Positions 62,203-64,000 of a DNA stretch of 64,000 nt are shown one piece after another. This stretch comes from Thermoanaerobaculia bacterium (GTDB taxonomy: Bacteria; Acidobacteriota; Thermoanaerobaculia; Multivoradales; UBA5704), in contig DASPXX010000345.1 in assembly GCA_035637095.1 (NCBI GenBank), positions 1,660 through 65,659 on the forward strand. The letters are read 5' to 3'. Made by a program: the position numbers and the translations under genes. Numbering within the stretch: the stretch's first letter is position 1; every line of letters starts with the position of its first letter. Below the pieces are notes generated by a model. It was not told where the DNA came from, ran no database searches, and was given only the letters and a program-made list of their open reading frames with translations.

Positions 62203-62286
62203 CTGTACGACTACTACATCACCACGATCCTCTATCGCAACAACAACACGGTATCGCCGAAGCTCTACGGCTTGAGGCTCTTCTGA
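62203..62286 (+). pseudogene. Possible C-terminal remnant of an outer-membrane beta-barrel/TonB-dependent receptor gene
   Basis: Reads LYDYYITTILYRNNNTVSPKLYGLRLF* (terminal Phe, alternating pattern). There is no upstream body, and it abuts the inverted repeat. Confidence 0.3.
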
Positions 62287-62304
62287 GGCTGTTGCGAAGT
62301 CGCT

Positions 62305-62949
62305 CTAGGGTAGCCGGCGGCGGGCCTTGATCAGGACGGCGATCTCGTCCGGCCGGGGATTGACGAAATCGAGACGGATGCGGCCGTCCGGGGTCTCGGA
62401 GACCACGGCCGGGATCGAGCTCGCGGTCAGAGACCAGCCGGCGGGCAGGACCACGGCGTTCCTGGGCCGGCCGAAAGTGCGGTCGAAGACCAGCTCCTCG
62501 CCCTCCAGGCGATAGCTCTTGGGATCCGTGTAGGTCTCCGCGATGCGCAGGCGGATCGAGCCGCCCGGCTGGACCGCCGGGAAGTGAACGATCACCACCT
62601 CGGCGTCCGGCGGCACCTCCTCGTCCTCGGGTGTGCCGGTCTTCGGGAGGGCGCTCGCAGGGATGGTCTCCACCGCGAGCGTCTCGCCGGTGTCGAGATT
62701 CCGCGCCGACGGATGGGAGGCGCTGCTCCCCTTGCGCACCACGTTCAGGTAGCGGGCCACGCCGGGCCGTGACTCGGTGTAATCGTGATAGAGGTCGAAG
62801 GCGTGAGTCTCCGGCTGGAGCAGGAAATAGACGATCTCGCGGTCCTGATGCGCCCGTTCGACGAGCCGGTCCTCCTCTTGCGCGATCGCGGGCAGGGCCA
62901 CGAGCAGGGCGAGCAGACCGATCCGCTTGCACATCCGCAAGCCGCTCAC
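62305..62949 (-). CDS. Secreted hypothetical protein (paralogue of the upstream gene)
   Basis: Signal peptide ...LLALLVALPAIAQE. It shares ...TYxDxKSY... and ...RNxxVLPAGxxL... blocks with 62946..63608. Confidence 0.65.
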   Translation of the reverse strand: MSGLRMCKRIGLLALLVALPAIAQEEDRLVERAHQDREIVYFLLQPETHAFDLYHDYTESRPGVARYLNVVRKGSSASHPSARNLDTGETLAVETIPASALPKTGTPEDEEVPPDAEVVIVHFPAVQPGGSIRLRIAETYTDPKSYRLEGEELVFDRTFGRPRNAVVLPAGWSLTASSIPAVVSETPDGRIRLDFVNPRPDEIAVLIKARRRLP

Positions 62950-63608
62950 CCTCCCAACCTCCGCGCCTCGATCACCAGCGGCGCCGCTTCCGGGCCGGTG
63001 TGCATGAAGCTCACCGCGAGGCGCCCGTCCGGACCGGTCAGGACCTGGGCCGGAACGTTGCAGGCGACCAGCTCGTAACCCGCCGGCAGGACGATCGAAT
63101 TGCGGCGGATGCCGAGCGGACGGGAGAAGACGATGCGGTCCGGACTCTTGCGGAAATAGCTCTTCGCATCCTGATAGGTCTTTTCGATCAACAGCCGGAC
63201 GCCGCCTTCCTTGGGCACCGGACGCGGCAGGTGGACCCGGATGTAGTGGGTGTCGAGCTCCGCGTCAGGCAGACCGCCGGCGCGCGCCTCCGCACCGCTC
63301 ACGACCTCGAACCGCAGCGGCTGTCCGGTCGCCTGGTCGCGCACCGACTCGCCGCTCGCCACGCTCCCTTTGCGGATCGGATTGAAGAACACCGTCGCAC
63401 CGGCTTCGATCGACGTGACCTCGTAAAGAATATGAAACTGCGCCGTGCCGGGATCGAGCAGCTCGTAGCGTGTGTACTCATCGGCCTCGCGCGGCGCGGA
63501 CTCACGAGACGGCGCCGCGGCGACGGACGTCGCGGCGCGAGGCGGCGGCCCGCAGGCGGCCAGCAGGCACAGGCCGGAAAGCAGGAGCGCGCATCGAGCG
63601 GAGAACAT
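62946..63608 (-). CDS. Lipoprotein, paralogue of 62305..62949
   Basis: Lipobox LLAAC. 4-nt overlap with the downstream paralogue. Confidence 0.65.
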   Translation of the reverse strand: MFSARCALLLSGLCLLAACGPPPRAATSVAAAPSRESAPREADEYTRYELLDPGTAQFHILYEVTSIEAGATVFFNPIRKGSVASGESVRDQATGQPLRFEVVSGAEARAGGLPDAELDTHYIRVHLPRPVPKEGGVRLLIEKTYQDAKSYFRKSPDRIVFSRPLGIRRNSIVLPAGYELVACNVPAQVLTGPDGRLAVSFMHTGPEAAPLVIEARRLGG

Positions 63609-63609
63609 C

Positions 63610-64000
63610 TCACGCCCCCTCGGCGGTGTCGGTCCGGATGAATTTCAACGGAGATTTGGCCAACATCAGCTTGAGGTCCGCGATCTGCTCTCGCGTCGTG
63701 TCGGCCATCCATTTCTCTGGGGCTGCGGCGTACGCCGCCTCCAACTGCGCCTGGCCCTTCGCTTCGTCGCCGAGGCCCAGGCACGCCTCGCCGATCGTCG
63801 CCAGGATCCAGTACCGTTGGGCCTGCGCCTGTTTGACGGCCTCCGGGCTGGCGCTCGCCGCATCCGGGACGGGATTTGCCGCGAGCCACTGCTCGCAGAT
63901 GGCGAGGACCTCTTTGCGCACGCGACGCGCCTGGACGAAGTCGGTCACGGCTTCCGCCGGATCCGCAGCCTCCGCGGCCCGGCAGTTGAGCAGAAAGGCC
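63610..64000 (-). CDS. Hypothetical helical (TPR-like) protein, probably 5'-truncated by the window end
   Basis: The frame stays open upstream of the GTG at 63948 all the way to the window edge (AFLLNCRAAEAADPAEA-VTDFVQ...). Confidence 0.5.
   Translation of the reverse strand, partial: AFLLNCRAAEAADPAEAVTDFVQARRVRKEVLAICEQWLAANPVPDAASASPEAVKQAQAQRYWILATIGEACLGLGDEAKGQAQLEAAYAAAPEKWMADTTREQIADLKLMLAKSPLKFIRTDTAEGA

Overview
High-GC (roughly 68-70% by eye) bacterial chromosomal segment. It is probably from Acidobacteriota: this is an inference from an ADOP-type duplicated orphan permease plus a fragment of a paralogue. I saw no rRNA, tRNA, cas, integrase or transposase genes. Most long ORFs in the supplied track are Arg/Gly/Pro/Ala-rich shadow frames opposite real genes. 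I kept only ORFs with recognisable motifs, Shine-Dalgarno sequences or operon logic. The track misses three small ORFs and one edge-truncated ORF, which I translated by hand. Content from left to right: (1) An MtoAB/PioAB-like porin-cytochrome module with a monohaem cytochrome c and a membrane multihaem cytochrome (1-5505). (2) A decayed VapBC module. (3) A class III (LanKC) lanthipeptide cluster in two operons. Operon 1 is precursor A1, LanKC, a glycosyltransferase and a PhyH dioxygenase (6377-11278). Operon 2 is precursor A2, a GT4, an M16 peptidase pair and an ABC exporter (15425-22158). They are separated by an ADOP permease and a cas-less CRISPR array. (4) A radical SAM/SPASM gene, a GG-leader peptide and an AraC operon. 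These lie next to an ABC-2 operon with a candidate sigma-54 promoter and an NtrC-type two-component system. (5) A SWIM-SNF2 helicase, a Fic remnant and a VOC protein. (6) A second cas-less CRISPR array with the same repeat. (7) Housekeeping and accessory genes: esterase, retropepsin-like protease, intact VapBC, thrABC, MoxR/VWA, cydAB, M20 peptidase, NCS2 permease, a DUF11 protein with IPTL-CTERM, carboxylesterase, ring-cleaving dioxygenase, FadE, a TIR-domain protein and Prx5. The least explained structure is a non-coding module duplicated beside both CRISPR arrays. It consists of a conserved leader, an outward-facing sigma-54-type -24/-12 motif, a 153-nt conserved block and a strictly 21-bp-phased array of GC mini-palindromes. 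In locus 1 this module sits directly upstream of lanthipeptide precursor A2. All family names come from motif recognition by eye; no HMM or BLAST search was run.
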